From positions 2,128 to 66,127 of the forward strand of contig JAKSOL010000010.1 in the NCBI GenBank assembly GCA_024405635.1: a DNA stretch of 64,000 nt. The letters are read 5' to 3'. Shown here piece after piece: positions 43,902 to 53,700 of the stretch. The stretch comes from Salinivirgaceae bacterium. GTDB lineage: Bacteria; Bacteroidota; Bacteroidia; Bacteroidales; SZUA-534. The translations under genes and the position numbers were made by a program. The first letter of the stretch is position 1, and each line of letters opens with the position of its first letter. The notes beneath the pieces are model-generated. The model did not search any database and was not told the origin of the DNA. It saw nothing but the letters and a program-made list of their open reading frames with translations.

Positions 43902-45209
43902 TTAATTTTTTATCTCGTTTAATATTATATCAATAATTTTTTGCGAAGGCATTACCCCATCAGTTGGGCATAAATACTCTTCAAAAAACTGCACACGCTG
44001 AGTTTTCATAGCATCGTTACCGGCAATAACAACATCGGCAACATAGCGTTCAACATCGGCTGGTGAATGTGCATGATAGTGCAAAGCAAAGCACTTTTCG
44101 CCAAAAGAGTTCAGGTGGTCGGTTGTGTGCTCGTCTTTAACTATAAACATGGTTGGTTTTTGTGTATAAAGGTACTCGGCAGTAAACGACGCGCAATCGT
44201 GAATCATTGCATCTGAGGTTGCAAACAAATCGATGTATGCGCCATCTTCAAGCTGGCCGTTGGGCAAATTGCGCCAACGTTGGTAGTATTCTTCAGTTTT
44301 TTCTTCGCCCCAAATGTTTATCAATTTAAACTTTAACACTGGATGAGGCTTAAATGCTATCTGAATTTCGTCTTGATACTTTTCGGCCAGTTGCAACATT
44401 AACTCGCAGTAGGTAAAAAAGTTTGAAAAGTTAAACAGATAATCAACAGTGTGATGCGGTGCCCAAATGATGCGTTTTTTAGGTTTTGACTGCGGTTTCC
44501 AAACATTGCGAGGTTGGTAGTTGGGGCTAATAATTGGCTCCATTCCTAAACATCCTGACACAACTACATTTTCGTCAGACCGAATGCCATATTTGTTGTA
44601 GTATTCCTTTTGATAAGGAGTTTCAACAAACGATTTCCAAAGCATTGAATGGAAAATAGACCCATAGTTATTTTTGTAATTATCGATGCACACAAATCCG
44701 TAAGGAACATAGCACGACAATTTGTTGGCAAAAGAGTAAACATGATACTTTGGCAGAGTATCTTTATATGGTTTAGTAAAGAAAACAATGTCGGGATTCA
44801 CCTCTTTTTTCACGTCAATCCACTTGTGATTTGACGCACAATAAGCCGATATGTATTTATAATTGCTTGATTTAACAAACTCTTCAGTTTGAGCCATTAC
44901 GTTAATGTACTCTTGCTTAGAATAATATAGGTGTACATTGAACGGAACAATAACCACAATGGGGTCAAAAATGTTGTAACGCTCAAATAATCGGTACAGA
45001 TAGTCATATTTCCAAGTGGTTGGAGTTTGTATAAAAAAGGCTACTTTAATTTTATCTTTTTTAGCCAATTGTTTAACAAGTTTTTGCTGGCTATGCACTA
45101 TTTTTTTTAAACGTTTGGCTAGCAATTTGGGGAATAGAGAGATGAAAAGGTCTCCAAAAGAAACCGATTTGTACAATACATCTACTTTTTGCAACAAGTT
45201 GGAAAACAT
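43902..45209 (-). CDS. CDP-glycerol glycerophosphotransferase family protein (TagB/TagF-like)
   Basis: The C-terminal half has KKRIIWAPHHT, FKPHP and SDAMIHDCASFTAEYLYTQKP. These match the TagF-type pattern (..APT.R.., .HP, sD.litDySS...f....kP). Confidence 0.6.
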   Translation of the reverse strand: MFSNLLQKVDVLYKSVSFGDLFISLFPKLLAKRLKKIVHSQQKLVKQLAKKDKIKVAFFIQTPTTWKYDYLYRLFERYNIFDPIVVIVPFNVHLYYSKQEYINVMAQTEEFVKSSNYKYISAYCASNHKWIDVKKEVNPDIVFFTKPYKDTLPKYHVYSFANKLSCYVPYGFVCIDNYKNNYGSIFHSMLWKSFVETPYQKEYYNKYGIRSDENVVVSGCLGMEPIISPNYQPRNVWKPQSKPKKRIIWAPHHTVDYLFNFSNFFTYCELMLQLAEKYQDEIQIAFKPHPVLKFKLINIWGEEKTEEYYQRWRNLPNGQLEDGAYIDLFATSDAMIHDCASFTAEYLYTQKPTMFIVKDEHTTDHLNSFGEKCFALHYHAHSPADVERYVADVVIAGNDAMKTQRVQFFEEYLCPTDGVMPSQKIIDIILNEIKN

Positions 45210-45210
45210 A

Positions 45211-46554
45211 TTATATAAGTGTAGTTTTTTGTCCTTTTATATAAATGTCAATTACAGATGATATTGCAGTAGATTCTTTGATGGACAATTTGTATGATTC
45301 TTTTTTAGGAGAATTAATTAGATGCAAGAACTCTTCAATTTCGTATCTAAGTCCATCGCCATCAAATTTGTAGAAGTATTTTTTAGTATTATTCAAATCC
45401 TCGTAACGCAATTCAAAATATTCGGTTTTCCACCATGGTGCAGGTACATAGGCGTAACCTTTGGTACCCGAAATAATAAGGCAGCCCTCTGTTTTAACGC
45501 CTAAACCAACTTTAAACGAAGCTGTTGACTGTTTAAACTGGAACAATCCTTTTGTAAAGATATCAACACCATTTTCGTAGCTAGAGAAAAAACGCACATC
45601 ACAAAAATCGTTTCCAAACAATTTAACTATTGGCAACAACACATAAGAGGCAAGTTCGGTAACACTACCACCTGCCATTTGAGGATTCAGTTCGCGTAAG
45701 TTTCCGGTTGTTAGTTTGGTAAACGATGCCTCAACATCTTTTATAGTTCCTATGCATCCGCTTTTTACTAATGAAATTAAATGAGTAAATCCGGGCGAAT
45801 AGGCGGTTTTTATTGCCTCAAGCAGAACTAGGTTCTTAGAGTTTGCAAGTTCATACAAACTTTCGGTTTCAGTTTTTGACAAGGTAATTGGTTTTTCACA
45901 AAGAACATGTTTACCCTTGTTTAATGCTTGTCTAATGTAATCGGCATGAGTTTTATGAGGTGAGGCTATGTATATAGCATCAACATTTTCGGCAAATGAA
46001 TCAAAATTTGATGATGCTATTTTTAGTTCGTGTTTGGCACAAAAGGCATCGGCCGATGCTTGATTGGGGTTATATACACCAACAACATCAACGCCGCTCA
46101 CATATTTTGATTCTAAAACAAAGCGATTTGCAATTCGGCCACTTCCAATTATACCTATTTCAACTATTCGTTGCGACAAATCGCGTATTTGAGTGCTTGA
46201 TATTCCCTTTGTGCGCTCCAAATAAACAACATCGCAATATTCTTTTAGGTAATCAAATTTACCAACCCAATCTGAACCTATAGCAAAAATGTCTATTCCA
46301 TATTTTTGTATATCGTCAATTTTTTGTCCTTCGTATTCTTCAATAATAATTTCGTCGGCCAAACCTGTTGCTCTTACGTCATTTATTCGATCAATGCAAC
46401 TTTTCTGAACATTTAATTTACCACGACCTTTATCATAGTTTTCGGTAGTAACGCCTACAATTAAATAATCGCCAAGGGCTTTTGCTCTTTTAAGCAAATT
46501 GATATGCCCATAATGTAGCATATCAAATGTTCCGTATGTTATTACTTTCTTCAT
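45211..46554 (-). CDS. Fusion protein: TagD-type glycerol-3-phosphate cytidylyltransferase domain plus Gfo/Idh/MocA-family NAD(P) oxidoreductase domain
   Basis: The N-terminus (nt 46171-46554) reads MKKVITYGTFDMLHYGHINLLKRAKALGDYLIVGV...GSDWVGKFDYLKEYCDVVYLERTKGISST, with an HxGH signature. The C-terminus has the Rossmann motif IGIIGSGRIANRF and HVLCEKP, typical of Gfo/Idh/MocA. Confidence 0.8.
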   Translation of the reverse strand: MKKVITYGTFDMLHYGHINLLKRAKALGDYLIVGVTTENYDKGRGKLNVQKSCIDRINDVRATGLADEIIIEEYEGQKIDDIQKYGIDIFAIGSDWVGKFDYLKEYCDVVYLERTKGISSTQIRDLSQRIVEIGIIGSGRIANRFVLESKYVSGVDVVGVYNPNQASADAFCAKHELKIASSNFDSFAENVDAIYIASPHKTHADYIRQALNKGKHVLCEKPITLSKTETESLYELANSKNLVLLEAIKTAYSPGFTHLISLVKSGCIGTIKDVEASFTKLTTGNLRELNPQMAGGSVTELASYVLLPIVKLFGNDFCDVRFFSSYENGVDIFTKGLFQFKQSTASFKVGLGVKTEGCLIISGTKGYAYVPAPWWKTEYFELRYEDLNNTKKYFYKFDGDGLRYEIEEFLHLINSPKKESYKLSIKESTAISSVIDIYIKGQKTTLI

Positions 46555-46624
46555 ATATGCATGAACTTCAAATAATTCATTTAAGTTGCACGTTTTCGTT
46601 TTATGCCTCTTCTAAAATAGTTTG

Positions 46625-47425
46625 TTAATCATTGAATTTTATTTCCAAGCTATGTATTTGTCGCTTTTCAATTGGCGGCACTTGCATATAATCTCCATAA
46701 ATGTTTGATAAATATGCATCAAAATTGCCTGGACACAAGAATTTATGTCCTTCAAATTCAATTTCGGTTAATGGAAATATTGTATTAGAGTTTACTCGTT
46801 TATTTCGCATTAGAGTAAAAAAGTCAATTGCATAGCTATAAATCAAGTTTTTAATTTGAAAAACCGAGAAAAAAGTACGCAATGTAAACTCAATCAGCAA
46901 GCAAGGCAAATACAATATGCAAGCAACTATGTATTCTGATTTAGAACTTGAAAAATGATTTACCCGTCGGAAAGTACGGCCATAGATTAAATCAAATGCT
47001 GTTTTAATTTTTACCGATCCTGTTTCCATTGGAAAGATATCGACAAACAGGCCGTTGTGCGCTTTGGCAAATTCGGTTTTATGAATGCTCACTATCTCCG
47101 ATTTGGTATCAACAACTCTTCCGTATGCTAAAAAGTAGTTTTTGTCGGTTTTATGGTTTTGCAAAACGTATTTTTCAGGTAGTTCTAATTCTAATGCTTT
47201 GTATAACCGTTTTTGGTCTTTTCTGAGTATTGTAATATCCACGTCATCGTCCCATGGAATAAAACCTTTATGGCGAACAGCGCCAAGTAGAGTGCCAAAA
47301 TCAAGCCAATATGGAATATTGTTTTTTCGGCACACTTTATCTATTTCCACCAAAATGTCGAGGAGTCGTAATTGTGCTTTACGTAATGTTGTTCCTTCGG
47401 CATTATAATGTGACAAATCTTCCAT
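46625..47425 (-). CDS. LicD-family phosphotransferase
   Basis: Motif seen: YWLDFGTLLGAVRHKGFIPWDDDVDI. The ATG at 47425 (MEDLSHYN) is preferred over 47461. Confidence 0.85.
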   Translation of the reverse strand: MEDLSHYNAEGTTLRKAQLRLLDILVEIDKVCRKNNIPYWLDFGTLLGAVRHKGFIPWDDDVDITILRKDQKRLYKALELELPEKYVLQNHKTDKNYFLAYGRVVDTKSEIVSIHKTEFAKAHNGLFVDIFPMETGSVKIKTAFDLIYGRTFRRVNHFSSSKSEYIVACILYLPCLLIEFTLRTFFSVFQIKNLIYSYAIDFFTLMRNKRVNSNTIFPLTEIEFEGHKFLCPGNFDAYLSNIYGDYMQVPPIEKRQIHSLEIKFND

Positions 47426-47528
47426 TTTTAACTTGTTATTTGCTTTGCAAAGTAAGCACAAGCCCGCAATATCACGTTATAAATAGGCCATTGTTTTTAT
47501 TGATAAATTGCTTTTTGCTATAAACAAC

Positions 47529-47567
47529 AAACTCCGCCCCAAAGTTGAAGGCCTTTGAGCGGAGTTT
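47529..47567 (-). terminator. Hairpin terminator downstream of the aminotransferase gene
   Basis: The arms aaactccgc and gcggagttt pair, with an inner caaag/ctttg extension. A T-rich tract follows on the minus strand. Confidence 0.6.
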
Positions 47568-47592
47568 GCTATGTAAAGCTATTGTTGAGCTA

Positions 47593-48882
47593 TTATTTTG
47601 CAACCTCTTTGCAAGCTGCGTATATTCCCTCAAACAATGGTTTAATATCTTTTTCAGCAACTGCTGAGAATGCAATGCGCAACAATCCGTTAAGGTTGAT
47701 TGTTCCAATGCTATATTTTTCAATTAGCAACATACGAACAGCTTCTGCATCAATGTTTTCGTTTAGTTTGATGCACATAAAATAGCCTGAGTTGTATGGT
47801 AGTGGAGCAAAACACTCTTTGTATTTTTCGTCTTTAAGAGTCTCTTTTACTGCATTGTAACGTTGTTGCATTGTTTGCAATTTAGCTTTCTTTTCGTCGG
47901 CATAGGTAGGCGACTCAAAGGCTTGCAACAACAACGATTGCGACAAGTTGCTTGCATTTGAAATGTTGCCACGAACGGCGCCTGCTGTTTTGTTTTCAAG
48001 TGCTGCATATAGGTCGGCATCGCCACCTTTTACTCCGTATGTGATAAAGCCTACACGGAAACCCCAAACGTAATCTTCTTTGGTTGGGCCGTCAACTTTT
48101 ACAGCAAGTACATTTTCGTGCAAGTCGCACAAGTATGCAAATGGCGATTGAAGGTCAACGCCTTGTTCGTAAACTAAGCCAAAGTATGCATCGTCGCAAA
48201 CTACCGCTATTTTTTTGCCACTCTCGGCTGCTTTTTTAATGGTTGCAACCAATTGTTTCATTTCTTCAACAGTTGGAGAGTAACCTGTTGGGTTGTTTGG
48301 GAAGTTAAGCAATAGTACTTTTTTGTCGCCTTCGGCCATAAGTGCAGCCTCAACAGCGGCAATGTCCATTGCGTTGTTTTTAAACAAGTTGTATGTTACA
48401 ACTTTTGCACCGTAACCGTTAGTTAATGCCAAATTGTAGTTGCCCCAATAAAGGTTTGGTACAAGAATTTCTTGCCCTTCGTCTAACAACATATAGCCAA
48501 CCATGCTAATACCATGAGTTAGTGCGCTTGTTGCAACTGGTAAACTGTAAACTTTGCCTTTCAACGATGGATTTTTCTCAGCAATCATTGTTTGCCAACG
48601 TTTACGAATGTCAGGGCGACCAAAACTTGGAGCGTATAGGAATGCTAGTTTTGAGTCGATGCCCAATTTTGAACTGATGCTCTCAAGGTGCATTGGAGTG
48701 CCATCGTCTTCAATTGCAGTACCAATTGTTGCATTGATTTTTGTTCCTTTGGCATCGGCCGATTGGCCTAGAATACCTTTTTTAGGGAAGAAAATGTTTT
48801 TGCCACGTTGTGACAACAATTCAAAAACTGCATTGTTTTTTTGCTGAATTGTGTTGTTTAATTCTTGCGCTTGGGGATTCAT
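47593..48882 (-). CDS. Class I/II PLP-dependent aminotransferase (429 aa)
   Basis: It has aminotransferase-fold motifs (NFPNNPTGYSP, DDAYFGLVYE, a Lys in GPTKEDYVWGFRVGF). The substrate cannot be assigned. Confidence 0.8.
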   Translation of the reverse strand: MNPQAQELNNTIQQKNNAVFELLSQRGKNIFFPKKGILGQSADAKGTKINATIGTAIEDDGTPMHLESISSKLGIDSKLAFLYAPSFGRPDIRKRWQTMIAEKNPSLKGKVYSLPVATSALTHGISMVGYMLLDEGQEILVPNLYWGNYNLALTNGYGAKVVTYNLFKNNAMDIAAVEAALMAEGDKKVLLLNFPNNPTGYSPTVEEMKQLVATIKKAAESGKKIAVVCDDAYFGLVYEQGVDLQSPFAYLCDLHENVLAVKVDGPTKEDYVWGFRVGFITYGVKGGDADLYAALENKTAGAVRGNISNASNLSQSLLLQAFESPTYADEKKAKLQTMQQRYNAVKETLKDEKYKECFAPLPYNSGYFMCIKLNENIDAEAVRMLLIEKYSIGTINLNGLLRIAFSAVAEKDIKPLFEGIYAACKEVAK

Positions 48883-48916
48883 ATTTGTATCAATTTATTG
48901 ATTTCGTAATTGGTCG

Positions 48917-48924
48917 CAAATTTA
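48917..48924 (-). promoter_or_regulatory. Bacteroidota-type -7 promoter box (TAAATTTG)
   Basis: Exact TAnnTTTG match on the minus strand, 35 nt upstream of the ATG at 48882. Confidence 0.4.
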
Positions 48925-48968
48925 CAAAAAATGCCACTGACAGCATACGTGTTTCACGTTTCTATCTA

Positions 48969-49643
48969 TCACTTTTTTGAGTAGTCGCGCTCGCCAAAAA
49001 TAGAGGAGCCTATACGTACTATTGTACTGCCTTTTGCTATTGCCAACTGGTAGTCGCCCGACATGCCCATTGATAGTTCACAAAAATCGTCTTTGGTGCT
49101 AAAAAAATCGCGTTTCAAGTTGTTGAATATGCTTTGCAAATGAGCAAACTCTTGTTCGGTTTGTTGTTTATTGTCAGTAAAACTGCCTATTCCCATAACA
49201 CCTACAATGTTTACGTTTTGCAGTTGAGCAAACTCTTCTGATTTAAGTATTGCGTACGCTTCGTCTTCGGTTAACCCAAATTTGCTCAACTCGGTTGCTA
49301 TATGGAATTGTAGCAAGCAATTGATTACACGATTGTTTTTTGCTGCCTCTTTGTTTATAACTTGCAGAACTTCAAGGCTATCGATGCTATGAATAAGCGA
49401 AACAAATGGTGCTATATACTTAACCTTATTTGTTTGCAAGTGACCAATAAAATGCCATTCAATGTCGGTTGGCAATTCGTCGTGTTTTTGTCGCAATTCT
49501 TGCGGTTTGTTTTCGCCAAATGCACGTTGTCCAAGATTGTAAGCTGCCAAAATATCTTCGTTTGGCTTGGTTTTAGACACTGCCAATAGTTTTACGTTAC
49601 TTGGCAGTTCGGCTCGCAGTTTTAGCAGATATTCCGAATTCAT
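48969..49643 (-). CDS. yggS: YggS-family pyridoxal-phosphate homeostasis protein
   Basis: Motifs seen: LLAVSKTKP (PLP Lys), HFIGHLQTNK and ELSMGMSGDY. Confidence 0.9.
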   Translation of the reverse strand: MNSEYLLKLRAELPSNVKLLAVSKTKPNEDILAAYNLGQRAFGENKPQELRQKHDELPTDIEWHFIGHLQTNKVKYIAPFVSLIHSIDSLEVLQVINKEAAKNNRVINCLLQFHIATELSKFGLTEDEAYAILKSEEFAQLQNVNIVGVMGIGSFTDNKQQTEQEFAHLQSIFNNLKRDFFSTKDDFCELSMGMSGDYQLAIAKGSTIVRIGSSIFGERDYSKK

Positions 49644-49652
49644 TGCTGAAAT

Positions 49653-50738
49653 TTATTGTTCGTTGAGCACCATATAATCGTAATGCACAACAGGTTTTGA
49701 TAGTTTTTTGGTAATCGACTTTTCCAAAATTTCGGAGCTGTAGGCTGTTTTTCCTATTCCAATTTGTTCGCCTTGTGGTCCGCAAATAGCAACAATGTCG
49801 CCTTTTTCAAAAAATCCACTTACTGCTGTTATTCCAACCGAAAGTAAGCTTGATGCTTTTTCGCTTAACAAGGCTTGCATTGCGCCGCTATTTACAGTAA
49901 CAACACCTTTAGCAAACGACTGCGAATGTGCTAACCATTTTTTTACACTTGTTGCTTTTTTGGTATGTGGCACAAAGTGCGTAAAGTCTTTAAGTTTACC
50001 ATTTACAAGGTCTGAAATAACATTTGGACGTGTGCCATTGGCAATGTACACGTTTATGCCCTCGCTTGCAATTTTTGAAGCAATTGAGCATTTGGTAAGC
50101 ATTCCACCGCGACCAAAGCCCGATTTAGTAGGCGCTATGTATTTTTCAACTGCTGCAAAATTGGTGTCAATTTTTCGTATCAGTTCCGAACCTTCTTTGT
50201 CTGGAGCTCCGGTGTAAACTCCATCGATGTTTGATAATATGATTAGCGAGTCGCAATTCATCATTGAGGCAATGAAACCCGATAGTTCGTCGTTATCGGT
50301 AAACATCAACTCGGTTACGCTAATGGTATCGTTTTCGTTTACTATTGGCACAACATGATTTTCAATCATGGATGTGATGCAGTTTTTCATTGTTAGATAG
50401 TGTCGGCGGTCGGCAAAGTTTTCTTTTGTGGTTAAAACTTGTGCGCAATGCAAATCGTTTGCCTCAAAACGTTGAATGTATAGCGACATTAGTTTTACTT
50501 GTCCCACCGCTGACCAAACTTGCTTAGCCGACACAAGGTCAGTTTTTTTCGATACCTCAACCTCGCCACGACCTGCTGCCACTGCTCCCGACGACACTAC
50601 TATAACCTCGGTTCCTGCTTTTTGTAATGCCGATATTTGATTTACCAATTCGGTAATGCGTTCGGTGTTGAGCGAGCCGTCGTTTTTGGCTAATACGTTG
50701 CTGCCTATCTTTATTGTTATTCGTTTAAACTTTTGCAT
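49653..50738 (-). CDS. proB: Glutamate 5-kinase (with C-terminal PUA domain)
   Basis: Motifs seen: ITIKIGSNVL, VVSSGAVAAG and TDNDELS, plus a PUA-like C-terminus (KGDIVAI). Confidence 0.92.
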   Translation of the reverse strand: MQKFKRITIKIGSNVLAKNDGSLNTERITELVNQISALQKAGTEVIVVSSGAVAAGRGEVEVSKKTDLVSAKQVWSAVGQVKLMSLYIQRFEANDLHCAQVLTTKENFADRRHYLTMKNCITSMIENHVVPIVNENDTISVTELMFTDNDELSGFIASMMNCDSLIILSNIDGVYTGAPDKEGSELIRKIDTNFAAVEKYIAPTKSGFGRGGMLTKCSIASKIASEGINVYIANGTRPNVISDLVNGKLKDFTHFVPHTKKATSVKKWLAHSQSFAKGVVTVNSGAMQALLSEKASSLLSVGITAVSGFFEKGDIVAICGPQGEQIGIGKTAYSSEILEKSITKKLSKPVVHYDYMVLNEQ

Positions 50739-50757
50739 CTGCTTGTATTATTGTATG

Positions 50758-53700
50758 TTATTTTTTCTTCTTTTTTCCTTTATCCTCTTGTGGCACAGCA
50801 TCAACAGGAGCATCGGCTGGAGCTTCAATTTTCATCAAGCTATCGGTGCGTATGCTGTCTAATCTAATGCTATCGAGTTGCAGTTGATCGAGTTCGTCAA
50901 AAGCCGAAACGCTGTCGCTTGCCTGTAGCACGTTACCGTCTTCGTCAACAAACACTTCGTCATCAATGTCGCCATCGCCTTCTGGGGCTTCAATATTAAG
51001 GTCGATGCGCTTCAAGAAATCGTCTTTCTTCTTTTTGTTCGATAAGAAGAATGAATAAGCCATTTGTCCACGAATTGCAGGCAACCTACGTGCATTACCT
51101 TTTATTGATGTGATTACTGAATTGAATTTTTGGTCGCAGCTGTATGCCTGCATCAAACCTCTTTTGTATGAGAAGAAGTACCACAAATCGGGGTTAAGTT
51201 CCATGTAAATGTTGAGAGCATCGGCACTTCGTTTGCGGTCAATTTCAATAACAAACTTAACGCGACGGTTAATTTGGTATCCACCAAGGTTAACCAATCC
51301 AATTTCGCCAACCGATTGCCACGAGCGTGTTTTCTTGTTCCAAACCATACGCATTTCCGACAATACCATGGCTTTGTTCATTTCCTCTGGTATTTGGTTC
51401 AGTTTACCAAATATGTTTTGCTCGGTAAACATTTTCTGTGCACGTCCTGAACCCATCAATTCGCGCACGCCTTTAGTATAAACCGAGCTGATAAGACTAA
51501 TGTTCTTGCGGTTTTTATCGGCAAGAATTGTATCGGCAATAACCTTAAAGCACTCTTGTGGCAGATAGAAATCAAGTGTCATAAGAATGTCCATTGAGTA
51601 TTGGTCAAAGGCAATGTCGTAGGTTGTTTTACCTTTTGCCACAGCCTTAACACGTCCAAGATTTGCGACAAGATCGATGCTACCGTCGGTTGTAATGGTG
51701 CAAGCTTTTTTGTTTAGTCGCATGTAGTTGCCCAAACTATCGTTGTAGGTTATGCGCTCGCGGCTACCTATTTCATAAAAATCGCCATAACGGTTGTAGT
51801 GTAGATAACCTTGTGTGTGGGTAATGTGGCGGTTGCTGTACCAACGACGAGGCGACAAGAATGCTGGGTAAAGGTAAACCGAGTCCATACCCATCATGGC
51901 TCCCGAAGTTAGGAATGCGTTATTGATGCTCATTGGTTGGCTATCGATTGGCACAAACACATCTTTTGGGTCAATTTCAGCATGAAAGTTTACCCAAGTT
52001 TTTGGAATGTCGCAGTTATGAACAATGGCTGTTGCTCCGGTGTAATCAAGCAACGGATTTTGCGACTTCATATTAACTTTTCCTTGATACTTAAAGGCTG
52101 GCGAAAGTGTAAAGTCGTCGATACTTTTAATTCTACCCTCGCCTATGGTTTGTCCAGCAGTGTCAACCTTAATTGGATCAAACGCAATGTACTCTACTTC
52201 GCCATTGTTTTGAGTATATGTATAGTCGCCATTTCCGTAATATTTATGGCGAGTTTCAATATCAACATTTGCATTTACCAAATGGTGGTAGTTATGAAGT
52301 GTATCGGCATCAATTTTAGCTTTTTTCAATTTGCGAATTTTTGCCATTGGTTCAATGGTCATTTCGCCTTGATCAGGATAAATGCGAGCATCGGCAATAG
52401 GCACATAGTTTACCTTGTGAGCCGACATAATGTTGTCGGTTAGGCTGAAGTCCAACAGAGGCGAAACCCAATAGAGCGAATCTTGCCCTTTGTGTGTTGA
52501 CACAAACAAGCTACCAGTGTTGCGGTCGATATTGGATGAGCTACGTGTGCGGTCAACTTCTTTTGAGCTGGCAAACTGCATCTGTTTTTTTCGCATCATC
52601 CAACTAAAATTCTCAACCCAAGCTAAATAAAGGTTTTCAGGAAAATCGACTCGTTCGGTTCCACTATTGCTTTTAAAGGTTGCTTTACCTGATGCAAAAT
52701 CGACATGGGCTTTTAAATTTTTAGTACTAACGGCCAGATTTTCAGGCCTATACGACTTAATTTGCAAACTTGCAGTATCGCAGCTATAATCGGTGTGGCG
52801 CATTTTGAACAAATTTGAGGTTATAGCTCCATCAAATTGTGTTGCAGTTCCTTTGGCTGTGATGCTGTTTGTGCCATAAAACACGTGACCTTTGAGTTCG
52901 CACTCGCCTTTAAACAGAGCAAGAGGAGCACCAAGGCTCTTAATGTCAAGCACATCGTTATATGGTTCCCAATGAATGTAGGCTTGTGTAGCTGCCACGT
53001 TGGTATGAATGCCAGGTTTGTTATCAATTGTCATTGATGTTGTTATGGCATTGGCCGAGTCGGGGAAGAACAAAAAGTCGTCGGATTTAATATCGGCAAG
53101 TTGATATTTAACCTCACCATTTCCACGCAAACCTTTGTTACTCATGTAAATATCGTTGTAGTATGTGCCCTTGCCTTTGTAGGCGGAATAGCCTTGAGGC
53201 GCATGCTCAACAAAACCAAACGAGAAGTCGTCTTGCACCGACAATCGTTGTTTGAAAACTGGGAAGATGTCGGCAGAATGTAGTTCGCCATCGTAGCCCA
53301 ATGCTTCGGTTGAGAAGTGGTTCAAACTGTCGATGGTGTAAGGATAAACTTGGAAATAGAAGTTGTCGCGAATGTATTTTCCGTCGGCAATATGCGGTGC
53401 GTCGTAGTAAACGTACGAGTCTTTTTCTGATGCAAAAATTGGGTATTGCAAGTATCGCTTAACGCCCGATTTGTTACCGGGGTCGTCAATTTTCAGTTTT
53501 CCGGTAATGTTCTCAATGGAGTTTTGCACGTTGGCAAGCATACGCTCACCTTTAGCGTTAGTTCCCGTTTTAACTTTTACTTTAAGAGAGTCAACGTGAC
53601 TAAGCTCAACCATAAAATCGTCGTAGTTGAAGTGGAAATCGGTACCATAGAAAGTGAACAAACCTGCCTCAATTCGACCACCGAAGTCAAAGTTCATGTC

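Noticed and set aside
47593-50738. An apparent PLP theme: an aminotransferase next to YggS, with the PdxA-family gene and a second aminotransferase elsewhere in the window.
   Set aside because: The genes are in different transcription units separated by a terminator and a promoter box. PLP enzymes are abundant in any genome. There is no evidence for a functional cluster beyond coincidence.
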